A stretch of DNA of 64,000 bases from Nageia nagi (GCA_050084985.1 JBITNC010000001.1:134912001-134976000), one strand, 5' to 3'; numbered from the stretch's first letter, positions 12,520-26,071 are shown. Notes: generated by a model not told the origin, from the sequence alone. Numbers and translations: made by a program.

Positions 12520-15500
12520 TTGCATCGTGTATCTTGTCAAACAATTCTTGGGAACTTGTAATGACAACATTCAATGCAAAACTATTTTCAAATTTACTCT
12601 TTGATGGATGTCCATACCTTCTTCTAGAGCTCCCATGGTGACACATGTTGAAAGAATGTAAAAAAACATTACAGAGTTTGAATTTAAATTTGAAAATTGC
12701 ATCTTATTAAATAATTTGCATGCCTTCTCTACCTTTCCACAATTTACATTCATGTTTACCAGAGAATTCATAACCACAACATGTGACATAAATATACTTT
12801 TAAAGAGTCTTTTATGTATATATAAACCATATTATAAATTTATCAATTTTGTATGTGCTTTGAGGATTTGGGAAAGGTGAATTGATATGGTTGGAATACT
12901 ATTGTTATTTGATGCATTTTGTGAAATTGTGCTTAAACCATCCATCTTGTCAAACAATTATCATGCCCTATATTTGTGGGTATGATCCTTCTCCTATAAG
13001 AAACACATGTACCCTTTTGTCAACTTCAATCCAACTACATCCAAGTGTCTTCTTGATTCCTCTATCTATCATCAATATCCTTATACTTTGAACATCATCC
13101 TAGTTGCCCACTTTAACATAAATATTTGAAAGAATAACAAAATATGGAGCATATTTAGGCTCCAACAAAAAAATAAATTTAAATGTATTACTTTAATTTT
13201 TTTAATGTTGATGGTAATTTAAATGTAAACCATTCTCATGCCTTATCTACACTTCCATATTTTGAATTCATGTCTACAAGGGAACTCATAATCACATGTG
13301 ATCGTAATACGCTTTTAAAGACTCTTTGATGTATGTATAAATTCTGTTATAAAATTCCTAGTTTGGTGCATACTTTGAGGACATTGGAAAGGGTGAATTG
13401 ATCTAGTTGGACTATTATATATTTTCTTGCATTCCATGAAACCATGTTTGTACCATTCATATTGTAAAATAATTCTCAGGCCCTATATTTATGGATGTGA
13501 TATGTCTCCTACAAGAAAGGCATGTGCCCTTTTGTCAACTTCAATCCAACTACATCTAGGTGTCTTCTTGATTCATCTATCTATCATAAATATCCTTACA
13601 CTTTGAACAAATTGCCCACGTCAGCATAAATATTTGAAAGAACAACAAAAGATGGAACATGTTTAGGCTAAAAAAATTATCATTACCACAAGTTACCTTA
13701 TTCCTACATTCTTATGTGATCTACAAGAACCAAGAAGACACATCCACATACCCTATTAAGGTTTCATAAGCATATTGAAAATGAAGTTCAAAGCTTCTTC
13801 AAGATAGCTTGCATGACCAAAAAGGTCAACAATGCACGTATAATGATTCATCCCAATAATAATGTAAAATAGATTCATTCATGATATTAAATTATTTGTA
13901 GCCCTCATCCATTGTACCTAAATGGCAACATACAAATAGAAAATAGACAAAGGTTATGCCATTAGGGTTGTTTCTCAAGTGCTTCATTAGTTGAAAGAGT
14001 TTAAGGGCATCCTTGTTGTAGCCATGAATTACATATCATCTAACAATTGCATTCTATGAAATCATTTTTGCATCATGCATCTTATCAAACAATTCCCAAG
14101 CCTATTGTATTCTTCCATATTTTGCATACATTTCTATCAGGGCACTCACAACCACAACATTTGATGCAAAAGCATTTTCAACTATTTCACTCACAACTAC
14201 TATTGTTGTTTGTTGCATTTAATGAAACTATATTTGCACCTTGCATCTTGTAAAATAATTCTCAATCCCTATATTTGTGGGTGTGCTTTTTCTCCTATAA
14301 GAAATACATGCACCATTTTGTCAACTTTAATCCAAATACATCCAAGTGTCATCTTGAATCCTCTATCTTTCATCGATGTCCTTACACTTTGAACATCATC
14401 CCAGCTACCCACTTCAACATAAATATTTGGAAGAAGAACAAAATATGGAGCATATTTAGACTTCAACAAAAAAATGATTGTTTCCACAAATTTACCAATT
14501 CCTATATTCTTATGTGATCGATAAGCACCAAGTAAACACATCCAAATAACTAATTTAGGTTTTTTGGGCATCTTGGCAATGAATTTCATAGCTTCTTCAA
14601 GATAGGTTGCATGATTAAGAAGGTCAATAATGCATGTGTAATGATTCATCCCATGAATAATACAATAAGAGTCACTCATGTTATTAAAGAATTTACAATT
14701 ATCATCTACTATACCTGCACGAAATCATGCAAGTAGAACACATACAAAGGTTACGTTGTTAGTGTTGGTTCCCATGTGCTTCATCGATTGAAATAGTTTA
14801 AGGGCATCCTTGTTGTAGCCATGAATTACATATCTTCCAATCATTACATTTTGTGAAACTGGGTTTGTAACATGCATCTTATCAAATAATTCCTAAGATA
14901 AAAATATGCATTTAAAGAGTCTTTTATATATGTATAAACCATGTTGCAAATTTCCTAGTTTGGTGCATGCTTTGAGGATGTTAGGAAAGGTGAATTAATT
15001 TGGTTATACTATTGTTGTTGTTTGTTGCATTCCATGAAATTATATTTGCATCATGCATCTTGTTAAATAATTCTCAGGCACTGTGTACTATTCCACATTT
15101 TGCATACATTTCTATCACAGCACTTAAAACCATAACATTCGATGTAAAACCATTTTCAACTACTCTTTGTTGGATGTTCATACCTTATTTAGAGCTCCCA
15201 TGGTGCCACATGCTATAAGAATGCTAGAAAATGTTACAAAGTTTGGCTTTACATTTGGCAATTGCATATGCTTAAAAGTCTCTACAACCTTTTCAGAAAA
15301 CTCATTTTGTTCATGTCCTGCAATCATTATAGTCCATACGATTGCATTTCAATTAGGCATTTTTTAAAACAATTCATGGGCCTTTCAACATATCCATTTT
15401 GTGCATATTTTATGATCATTGCATTGTGTGAAACTGTATTTGCATCATCCATCTTATTAAACAATTCTCAACCCTTATGTTTATGGGTATGATCTATCTC

Positions 15501-16740
15501 CTACAAGAAAGGTATGTACCCTTTTATTAACTTCAATCTAACTACATCCGAGTGTCTTCTTGATTCCTCAATATTTCATCAATGTCCTTACTCTTTTAAC
15601 ATCATCCCAGATGCCCACTTAAGCAAAAATATTTGAAAGAAGAATGTAAGATGGAGCAAATTTAGGCTAAAAAAAAAAAGATTGCTACCACAAACTCTTT
15701 TATTCCTACACTTATGTGATCTTATAAGCACCAAGTAGACACATTCACACACATAATTCAAGTTTTCAAGGCATCTTGGCAATGAAGTTCATAACTTCTT
15801 CAAGATAGCTTGCATGGCCAAGAAGGTCAACAATGCATGTATAATGATTCATCCCAAGAATAATGCAATAAGAGTCACTCATGCTATTAAGGTATTTATA
15901 GTCGTCATCCACTATAATTGTATGACAACATGTAAGTGGAACACATACAAAGTTTATGGTGTTAGCATTTGTTCCCATGTGTTTCATCAATTAAAAGAGT
16001 TTAAGAGCATCCTTATTGTAGCCATGAATTGCATATCCTCTAATCATTGCATTCCATGAAATTGGGTTTGCACCATGCATCTTATCAAACAATTCTTGGG
16101 ACAAAAATATGTTTTTAAAGAGTCTTTGATTTATGTATAAATCCTATTGCAAATTTACTAGTTTCATGCATGATTTAAGAAGGTTAGGAAAGGTGAATTA
16201 ATCTAATTGGACTATAATTGTTGTTTGTTGCATTCAATAAAAATTTATTTGCATCATGCATCTTGTCAAGAAAGTCTCAATCCCTGTGTACTCTTCCACT
16301 TTTTTCATACATTTCTACCAGGGCACTCACAACCACAACATTCGATGTAAAACCAATTTCAACTACTTTTTATTGGATTTCCATTATACTTTCATGGTAG
16401 CATGAAAGTAGAACACATATAAAGGTTATGTTGTCAGCTTTGGTTCCTAAGTGCTTCATCAGATCAAAGAGCTTAAGGGAATCCTTGTTGTAACCATGAA
16501 TTGCATATCCTCCAATCATTGTATTCCATAAAATTATCTTTGCACCATGCATCTTGTAAACAATTCTTAGGCTTGTGTACTCTTCCACATTTGTCATACA
16601 TATCTATCAAGATTCATCCTAGGAATTATGTAATAACTATCACTCATGTTAATAAAGTATTTATGACCCTCATCCACTACACGTGCATGGATGAATGCAA
16701 GTAGAACACATACAAAGGTTATAATGTCACCGTTGGTTCC
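12520..16740 (-). pseudogene. PLS-class PPR gene fragments with E/E+ domains, tandem block A
   Basis: ORFs 14269-14679, 15766-15990 and 16370-16597: WN.MIGGYAIHG..KDALKLF, NHYTCIVDLLGHA.YLEEA, W.CLLGA.RSH, LSNIY...G.WDDVQSVR..MK.RG.K.T.GC.WI.V...VH.FL.G...HPQ. Riddled with stops and frameshifts. Confidence 0.93.
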
Positions 16741-18426
16741 AACTTCTTTACATTATCCATGGATAAAAGTACCAAGAAGTTTTTGGGTGCACTTAGACCA
16801 TGTTTTGTATATTTATGTTCTACAAATTATTGTCTAGACTAGATGATTATTAAAATTCATTGGTTATAGAAGTGACTATTGGAATTCAATGACTTGACAT
16901 AGTGTGTATATGGTTTTTGGCACCTTTATTTAGTGATCATCATGATTAGATGGGAAAATGAAATGGGATCAAATCAAAAAGGAAAGAAAAAAATAAGTTT
17001 AACAAAATTTTTTTGTAAGTATCAATATGTAATATCAATATATTTTATTTAATACTATTTCTTTCATAAGTCAAATAACTTTTTTTAAAATTTTTTTTAT
17101 AGTTTAAGATGGTGAAAGATATGATGAAAGTTGCCCCAAAACTACTCTCCCAGCTAAAAGAAATGGAGGAGTTGGGTGTTGAGAGTTCATCCAGACATGA
17201 TAACTCATCGCTACATTCATATACTCCATGAGATAATATATTATTTTAAAAAAATAATTGAAATATATCATATTTAACAAAGTTATTTCATCCAATTGCT
17301 AATTTTAAATTTGGTAAAGGTGTAGAGTTAATCAATCAAGAGCCTCCCATAATAACAATGCTAATCAAAGGATGAGGAATACAAATCAAAATTAAAGTAG
17401 ATGATGAGGTTGTTAAAGATGATACATGTGAAATTTAATGTTTGAAAATTGTATATTTATATATATTATTTTGCAATATATTAATTTAATAATATTTTTA
17501 AATATTATTCAGGGAGTTTTTTTTAAGCCATTAGGAAATACACATTTTAGGAGTTTGATACAACATTGGACATTGAATGAAAAAACCAAAGTGATGAGGG
17601 TATGTATTTTTCAACTCATTTATTTTAATTTTTAGACAGATTAATTTACCAATAAAATAAAAAATATTTTGAAGAAGGGTGGAGTGCAAAAAAAGCACTC
17701 AAGAGGGCAAGTAGGAACTTGAATTAAAATCGAGACAAGATGAGAATAAAGATAAAAAATTTCCCACCAAATCAATGCAACAAGAGACCTCCTGACATTA
17801 ACAAGAAAGTTAGAAAAAAATGTGAAAAAGTGAATGATGAGAAAGGGCACAAATCAACCTCAAATCTACCCTCACAGCAAGTACTTACTTTAGCATAATT
17901 GAATAAATTGAACTTCATGATGCATCAATCAATAAGTGCTGGGGCCAATGGTATTGAGGGCATGTTTATGAATATATTTAGTGAATTATTTAATATTTTA
18001 TAATAAATAGTTAAATAATTATAATATTATTTAATTTTGATATATATATTTTTTATAGTTTGCCAAATATAGATACTTTCCAAGTGACGAACAAAAGAAA
18101 TATGGCCTTAGACATGGTTTCCCTGAGTTAGTAGCTATCATGGAGGAGACAGTAAGTTAGTAACATTAATTAAAACCTCTAATTGTTTATGTAACTTCAT
18201 TAAGTTATGTCCTCTAAACTACTCTATGCATTTTATAATTTCTAACACTTATTTAATTATTATTCAGAAGGCATGAGTTCAAATCCACTACCTATTCATG
18301 ATATTTTGGATCCAAATGATTTAGATTAGGATCCACATAATGACGAGGATATTTTGTGATGATGCTAAGGAGGGATCACATGATGATGATGATGGTGGTG
18401 TTGATGATGATGACATTGAATGTTAA
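16741..18426 (+). pseudogene. Unidentified multi-exon gene remnant with acidic C-terminus (possibly CACTA ORF2/TnpA-like)
   Basis: Exon-like blocks bounded by ag/gt in AT-rich DNA, e.g. ~18059-18151 FAKYRYFPSDEQKKYGLRHGFPELVAIMEET|gtaagt; last block ends DDDDGGVDDDDIEC-stop at 18426. Confidence 0.4.
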
Positions 18427-18589
18427 ACTAATTTTAATAAAAAAATTATAAATTTACGACTATATGATGTTTGTTACTAAAAAGATGATGATCAAGTTTT
18501 TAAATTTTGAAGCTTAAATTTGTAATTTTTGAATGTTGATTATGAAATTAAATGTATTACATTAAATTTTTGAATGTTGATGGTAATCT

Positions 18590-20670
18590 AAATGTAAACC
18601 ATTTGCATGCCTTATTTACACTTCCATAGTTTGCATTCATGTCTACAAGGGAATGCATAATCACAATATATGATAAAAACAAGCTTTTAAATAGTCTTTG
18701 ATGTATCTATAAACCCTATTGTAATTTATTAGTTTGGTGTATAATTTGAGGACATTATAAAAGGTTAATTGATTTGGTTAGACTATTTTTGTTATCTATT
18801 ACATTTTGTGAAATTGTGTTTACATCACGCAACTTGTCAAATAATTTCAGGGTCTATTGTATTTTGTCACATTTTGCATACATTTCTATCAGGGCACTCA
18901 CAACTACAACATTCGATGTAGAACCTTTTTTAACTGCTACACTCATTATTATTATTATTGTTTATTGCATTATGTGAAACTATGTTTGCACTATGCATCT
19001 TGTCAAATAATTCTCAATCCCTATGTTTGTGGTTGTGATACATCTCCTACAAGAAAGGCATATACCCTTTTGTTAACTTCAATCCAACTACATCTAGGAG
19101 TCTTCTTGATTCCTTTATATTTCATCAACATCCTTACACTTTGAACATCATCCCTACTACCCATTGCAATATAAATATTTGAAAGAACAAAATATGGAAC
19201 ATAATTAAGCTCCAATAAAAAAAATGATTATTACCTAAAATTCCCCTATTCCTAAACTCTTATGTAATCTACAAGCACCAAAAAAACGCATCCACATAAC
19301 TAATTCAAGTTTTTTGGGCATCTTGGAAATGTAATTCATAGATTATTCAAGAGATCCAACATGGTGAATAAGGTCAACAACACATGTATATTGATTCATC
19401 CTAGGAATAATGAAATAAGAGTCACTCATGTTATTGAAGTATTTACAATTGTCATCCACTATACCTACATGGCAAGATGCAAGTAGAACACAACCAAAGG
19501 TTATGTTATCAACATTGGTTCCCAAGTGCTTCATTAGTTGAATGAATTTAAGGGCATCCTTATTGTAGCCATGAATTGCATATCCATCAATCATTACATT
19601 CCGTGAAACTAGGTTTGCATGATGCATCTTTATAAATAATTCCTAAGATAAATATACACTTTTTAAGATTCTTTTATCTATGTATAAACCCTATTGCAAA
19701 TTTTCCAATTTGGTGCACACTTTGAGGATGTTGGGAAAGTTGAATTTATCTAGTTACAATACTATTAGTATTTGTTGCATTCCATGAAATTGTATTTGCA
19801 CCATGCATCTTGTCATATAATTCTCAAGACCTATGTTTGTGGATGTGATCCATCTCCTACAAGAAAGGCATGTACCCTTTTCTCAACTTCAATTCAACTA
19901 CATTAAGGTGTCTACTTGATTCCTCTATCTTCCATAAATGTCCTTACACTTTGAACATCATCCTAGCTACCTACTTTAGTATAAATATTTGAAAGAAGAA
20001 CAAAATATGGAGCATATTTAGGCTCTAATTAAAAAAATGATTGCTACTACAAAAATCCCCTATTCCTACATTTGTATGTGATCTGCAAGCACCAAGCAGA
20101 TATGTCCACACACAATTCAGGTTTTTAGGCATTTTGGCAATAAAGTTCATAGCTTCCTCAAGATAGCCTTCATGATTAAGAAGGTTAAAAATGCATATAT
20201 AATTATTCATCCTAGGAATAATGCAATAAGAATCACTCATACTATTAAAGTATTTACAATCGTCATCCACTATACCTGCATGGCAACATGCAATTAGAAC
20301 ACATACAAAGGTTATATTATCAGCGTTGGTTCCTAGGTGCTTCATTAAATCAAATAGGTTGAGAGCATCCTTTTTGTATCCATGAATTGCATATCCTTTA
20401 ATCATTGCAATCCATGAAACATTATTTGCACCATGCACCTTATCAAATAATTCTCAGGCCCTATGTACTCTTCCACATTTTGCATATATGTATATCAAGA
20501 TTCATTCCAGGAATTATGCAATAATAATCACTCATGCTATTAAATTATTTATGACCTTCATCCACTACATGTGCATGGCTAAATGTAAGTAGAACAAATA
20601 CAAAGGTTATGTTGTTAGCATTGGTTCCCAAGTGCTTCACCATATCAAAGAGGTTAAGGGAATCCTTGCA
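18590..20670 (-). pseudogene. PLS-class PPR gene fragments with E/E+ domains, tandem block B
   Basis: ORFs 19021-19215, 19343-19627 and 20025-20438, same motifs as block A. Confidence 0.93.
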
Positions 20671-21284
20671 AGTAACTTCTTTATAGGTTGATGCATATTT
20701 AATTTTTTGGGTGGACTTAGACCATATTTTAAATATTTATGAACCAAAAAGTATTGTCTAGATTAGATGATTTTTGGGTGGATTTAGACCATGTTTTATA
20801 TATTTATGATTATTTTTAAATGTTGATTATGACATTAAATGCATTGCATTAAATATTTTAATGTTGATGATGATGTTGAATGTTAAATTTATGGTAACTT
20901 TTGAATGTTAAATTTATGACTAATGATGATTGTACAATATTTTTAATATTAAAATTCTTTTAATACAAAAATTAATTTATTTAATCTAATTTAAAATTGA
21001 CAATTTAATTTAAAATTTAGTTCAAAAATTCACCAAAATTTAATTTAAAAAATTAAAAATATTAATTACCAATACTAAATTGAAAAATAATCTAATATTT
21101 TTTTCAAAATTTTACCATCCGATGTTAACACTAACACCCAACTTAATGCCAACACATAGAAAATAATCTAGAAAATGAATCTTATGTTGGTACTTTTGTC
21201 GCCCCATGATGGCAATGTCAACACTTTATGGTGCTAAGTTTTTATTGTCTCCATTATAGGTGTTATTATCTATGCCTTTTGATA

Positions 21285-24047
21285 CTATGTTTTTGGATTA
21301 TATAGCCTATAGGCTTTTGTAGTATCAAAATACCTAAGAAAAATACAAGCTTCACTTTTTGGATATAATTTTCTCTTATTTTCTTTAGATACAAGAGCAT
21401 ATGCTAAACATCTAAAAACTCTAAAATAATTTACATTGGGCTTCTTACCATACCATGCCTTACTAGGAGTAATACCATCCAAGCTAGAAGTAGGACTTAT
21501 ATTCTAAAGATAAACTATTATCCTCACCACATCAAACCAATACACATTACTTAGTTGCTTGGTTTGAAGCATATTCCTTGCCATGTCAACAATACTTATA
21601 TTTTTTTGCTTAAATATAAAATATTGTTATGGATTACAGGTATCTATGAGTTACCTTTTTATTCCACAATCTTTACAAAATTTGAGGAATTTATTGGAGC
21701 AAAATTCTCCTCCTATATCAATTCTTAAATATTTTACAAAATATTTAAAATATTTAAAACATAATTTCAACACAATATTTAAAATCTTTAAAACAATAAA
21801 AGGATTAATCTTTGGATTTCAAGAAATAAATCCAACACATCCTTTAGAAATCATCTATGAAAGTGAGAAAGTAGGTATTCTTACCCAAACCCTTTATTTG
21901 CATTGATCCACATATATTGGAATACACAAATTGGAGGGGATAGGAAGCTCTCCATGGGATTCCTAGAAATTTCATTCTTGAGTGCTTTCCCAAAGCACAT
22001 CCTTCACACACACTCTTGTTTTCTTCAATCTTAGGCAGCCCATGGACCATTTTTTGAGATATCAACAATCTCAAACTTTTAAAGTTCAAATGGTAATATC
22101 TCAAATGCCAAAGCCTATTCTTGTTTTCAATTGCAACATTTGCTAGTTAGGCATGTTCTCATCCAAATTTAAAAGGGAGCAATCTATTCTTGGTCATTAG
22201 GACTATAGTGACCAACCTATGACCATTATTTTTATCATAGATTACATATTTTTCATCTTCAAAAATTAGTATATAATTCCTTTCCATTATTTGATCCACA
22301 CTTAATAAATTGTGCTTGAGATTTGGAGTGTAGTAGATGTTATTTACCTTTTTGGTGACTTCATTTATGCTAACCTCCATGGCTCCTATGCCTTCCGTTC
22401 TCAATGCATTATCATCTCCAAGCTTTATCTTGGACTTGAAAGAGTTATCCATTGTGGAAAATAACTCCCCCTTATTAGTCATGTGGTTGGAGGCACCAAT
22501 ATTAAGAATCTAAGTATCATTTAGATTATAATCGATCTTTCCTTAAGATAAAAACAAGTTGAAGGATCCATCCTCTTCATCATAATTGGTTGAACTTGTC
22601 CCTTCTTGAACATCCTTTAAGCTATACTCCTCATAGTGCCCAAAGATGTTATAATAGTAACATTATTTATTTTGTTTATCTCCACCTCCACTTCTACCTC
22701 TCCCTCTTCTTTTAGCAACTCCTCTCCTTCCTCTTCCTCTTGAAGATGGTTGACCTCTTCCTTTACCATTGGTGGTTGCATCAACCATCTTTGATGAAAA
22801 GGCTTTATCTTGAATAACTCCAACATTTGATGGTGTGGAGTCATTAAGCCTTTCTTCATGAGACATTAAGGAACTAATGAGATGATCATAAGCAATAATT
22901 GATAGATCATTTGACTCTTCTATTGTGATATCAACATGGTTCCACTTGGGAAGAAGTGTTCTTAACACTTTCTTCACCATATCTTCACTCTTTACTTATT
23001 ATCCATGTGTTTGGATATTATCAACACAAGCCTTGACTCTCATACAAGAATCTCCCATATTCTCTTCCTCTTGCATCTTGATATTTTCAAAATCTCTCTT
23101 CAAGGTTTGAAGCCTCACTTGTGTCACTTGAGTGCTCCCTTGATAGCTATCTTTCAAAGCTTTCCATACATCTTGGGCTAATGTGCATGAAGCAATTATT
23201 AGAAAGATACTTTTCTCCAAGCTAGCTTGTAGATGGAAGAGAGCAAAGGGTTATTTTTTTGATCCTCCTTTGCATTCTTATTATTTGGCTGGAAAGTGTT
23301 TTAATCAGTTGGCTCACTATAGCCTTCCTCCACTATGTCCCATAGTCCTTTTCTTATGAGTAATGTCTTTATTTTGATAGATTAGTACTCATAGACCTCT
23401 CCATGGAATTTTGGGATGGGTAGAGTGTTGTTGTTTGCAACCATTTTGCAATTCTCAATACAATAAGACTTTAAATCATAATTTTGTAAGAATTTTATAA
23501 ATTCTCACAATGTACCCATAAAAACTCAAACCCAACAGATCACACAAGGCCTTGATACAAAAATGAGAAGTATAGATTACTTTCATTGAAAAAAAAATGA
23601 AGTAATGATTACATCAATATGTATTTCTTCAACAAACTATAATAGACCCAAACCATTGAGTTGGATAAGCTCAACAATTATTACATTCCAATCCATAAAG
23701 CAAAAATCCTACTAAAATAACTTTGAAATCCTATCCTTAGACACACCAAACATAGTATATATTATACCTACGAATCTTAGACAACTAACAAATCAAGCTA
23801 AAATAAGATGTCTTAGTCAAAGTTGACCAAAACATACTAAACTAGGAAATATTGACAAAACATGCACCATCTGAGGAAAGGTGCTCGCATTCGCAAAATG
23901 TCCCCATGTTTTGAAGTGAAACATACTAGGTCGAAACATCTAGACATTTCTAATGAAATGTCCTCACCTAAAGCGTTTCTTCAATACCTTGAACATAATG
24001 ATGAATTCTTGGTGATTTTACAATAGGAATGTGTTCAATATTCAACA
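21285..24047 (-). mobile_element. Second Ty1/copia element: 5' LTR, gag, protease and partial integrase only
   Basis: gag from ATG 23444 (PIPKFHGEVYEY..IKIKTLL..KGLWDIVEEGY; VKKVLRTLLPKW; RGRGR stretch), protease ASNHMT...PNLKHNLLSV, integrase CEGCALGKH...FLTFIDDF, AYRLYNPKT. Degenerate PBS 23548-23560; LTR ~23564-24047. No RT, RNase H or 3' LTR. Confidence 0.88.
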
Positions 24048-24810
24048 AATTTTATTATAGTTTTCTTCTTCAATTAGTAAGAATAAAATTACTTCAATTT
24101 TATAGAAAATAATAGATCCTAAGCTCATCAACTCATTATCTTTAGATATTTATAAATTTAAGTTTACTCCAAAGTTTTTGCAATAAATCACATGTATTAC
24201 TCCTCTTATTATATTTCTTTTATTACTTATCGTTACAAGCTAAAATGCTTGTTACAATACATTCTTTATGTTTCTTCTTCTAGGTTTTAACTTTCAAAGA
24301 GTTGCTTGGGATACTTGTTATCTTCCAACTAAATCTATAATCATGAATTTGCTTAGTAATTACAAATAAAGTCTTGCATTATATGTGAAATAGATAATCA
24401 AATCTTTCAAAGAGGATGAAACATAAAAAATCTTTTACATCATTACATTTCATCTAGGCTCCCTTGTAGGAAATGAGTTTTTGAAATTTTATTTTATCAT
24501 TCATGCAGAACCTTTCATTTTTCATATGTGGAGTTGAAGGGTATTATCATTTTTCATCAACCATGGTAAAAAGATTGACATTAGAATATAAAAAAATCTT
24601 TCTAGGTAAACTGTTAAGATATGATATAGGTGGTTATCATTAAACTTTCTTATGGTAGACAAGTTAATGAAAAGTGGGATCATACATTAAAGAAAACAAA
24701 TACAAACTATTTGAAAGTTATGCATTAAAATCAAACTTACACAATTTATATGATGTACCATGTATCAATACTTGTACCTTAATATCAAACTATAATTTTA
24801 AATCCTTATT

Positions 24811-25041
24811 TTTTTGGGTATTACGGTGAGACAAACTGTTTTAGGAACCCCTCATGATCACCAATAGAATAAACTTTTAAAGTCTCTTCCATCCACATGA
24901 TGACTATAGATAGTTCAATTATAGCCAAATCGTAATCAAACCAAAAACCTGCTACAATTTTATCAAATCAACCATAATGATACAAACTTTAGACCTTCTA
25001 AAAATAAATTCAAACAATTAACCATCACATTGTCCCTTTAT
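24811..25041 (-). mobile_element. Short non-LTR-type insertion with 20-bp target site duplication in the APX upstream region
   Basis: tataattttaaatccttatt at 24791-24810 and 25042-25061; a T-run follows the left copy (A-tail on minus). Confidence 0.6.
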
Positions 25042-25382
25042 TATAATTTTAAATCCTTATTATGGCTAAAACAAACTTTTCTTATTTCAACGTTTGAAAA
25101 CTTTTCTGAAAATACATATGTATATTTTTGTTGAAAAACTACCACTAACCTTATCCACATTGAAAAAAGCGACTCCTTACGCAAGCTAGACCTCGTAGCA
25201 CACGCTAAATTTAGCAAAACGGCTTCCTCCGCTAATAATAGAAAAAACAAACGCAAAAACACAGAGATAAGTCCACACAAATAATATCTGTGCCAAATTG
25301 ACCACCTTTTCAATTGGCCAGAACCCTTATTGTGTGGAAGTCTAAGGTTCGAATTTCCGGGACATAATTTTCCTTTGCAGAG

Positions 25383-25498
25383 ATGCCGATGGCGGCGGTG
25401 GTGGATGCAGCTTACTTGAAGGAAATCGACAAGGCACGCAGAGAGCTTCGCGCACTTATTGCCGAGAAGAATTGCGCGCCTATTATGCTTCGTCTTGC
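25383..25498 (+). CDS. APX3: Peroxisomal-type L-ascorbate peroxidase, exon 1
   Basis: [38 protein letters not shown](A); donor GC|gtaatc; N-terminus matches the peroxisomal APX type (alternative ATG at 25389). Confidence 0.95.
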
Positions 25499-26071
25499 GT
25501 AATCAATTAATTTCTTCTTGTTACTTTATATATTTTTTGAATGAATTCGTCGTTAGAAAACAATTTGCTTGGACTCAGTGGGAAAATCTTGCAAGTGATC
25601 TTAGAATTTATGCTTTTTCGTTTTCAGAATTCGTGTTTTTAAATTGTTATAAGGGAAACTCTGTAGGTGATTTTAGGCTTTGTGCTTCGGCATTTTAAAA
25701 TCTGTAAAGATTTCGTAGTAAGTAATTCAAGAGGAAATCTTTGTCTTTAAAGATTGTAAGGGAATTTCTGTGGAAAATCTTGAAAGTATTAATCTTCACG
25801 TCTCCGATCTTCCGGGCGTTATTTCTTCAATCTCTCGGGTGTTAACATCAACTCTGCGTATCTGGGATCTGTTCTCCGGGTGTTATTTCTTACTCCATTC
25901 CCGGATGGTTCTATTTCCTTTCCGGCCTCTGCTACATCCCGCACTCCGGGACTTAGAGACTGCGAGGCTTACCTCCCTGACTCCGGGCCGTAGTACATCT
26001 CCTCCGGTTGCGCTTCGTCGTGGGCGTTATTTAATCTCCCGGCACTATCAAACCTCGGTCTCCGGAACATC

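Larger units (their letters stand above)
6522..21288. mobile_element. CACTA (En/Spm) DNA transposon, probably composite; right boundary tentative
   Basis: CACTACTACAAAAAGG at 6522; dense tgatgcca/gcatca subterminal repeats 6550-6900; similar motifs near 12020-12050 and 21120-21280; degenerate inverted terminus ccttttgatactatg at ~21275-21289. Confidence 0.6.

Noticed and set aside
12520-20670. Functional PPR gene
   Set aside because: No long ORF, no targeting peptide, many stops and frameshifts, only C-terminal modules repeated.
24050-24790. Possible very old gypsy integrase remnant
   Set aside because: Too degraded to support with a recognisable motif.
25459-25698. ORF overlapping APX exon 1
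   Set aside because: Off-frame shadow running into intron 1.
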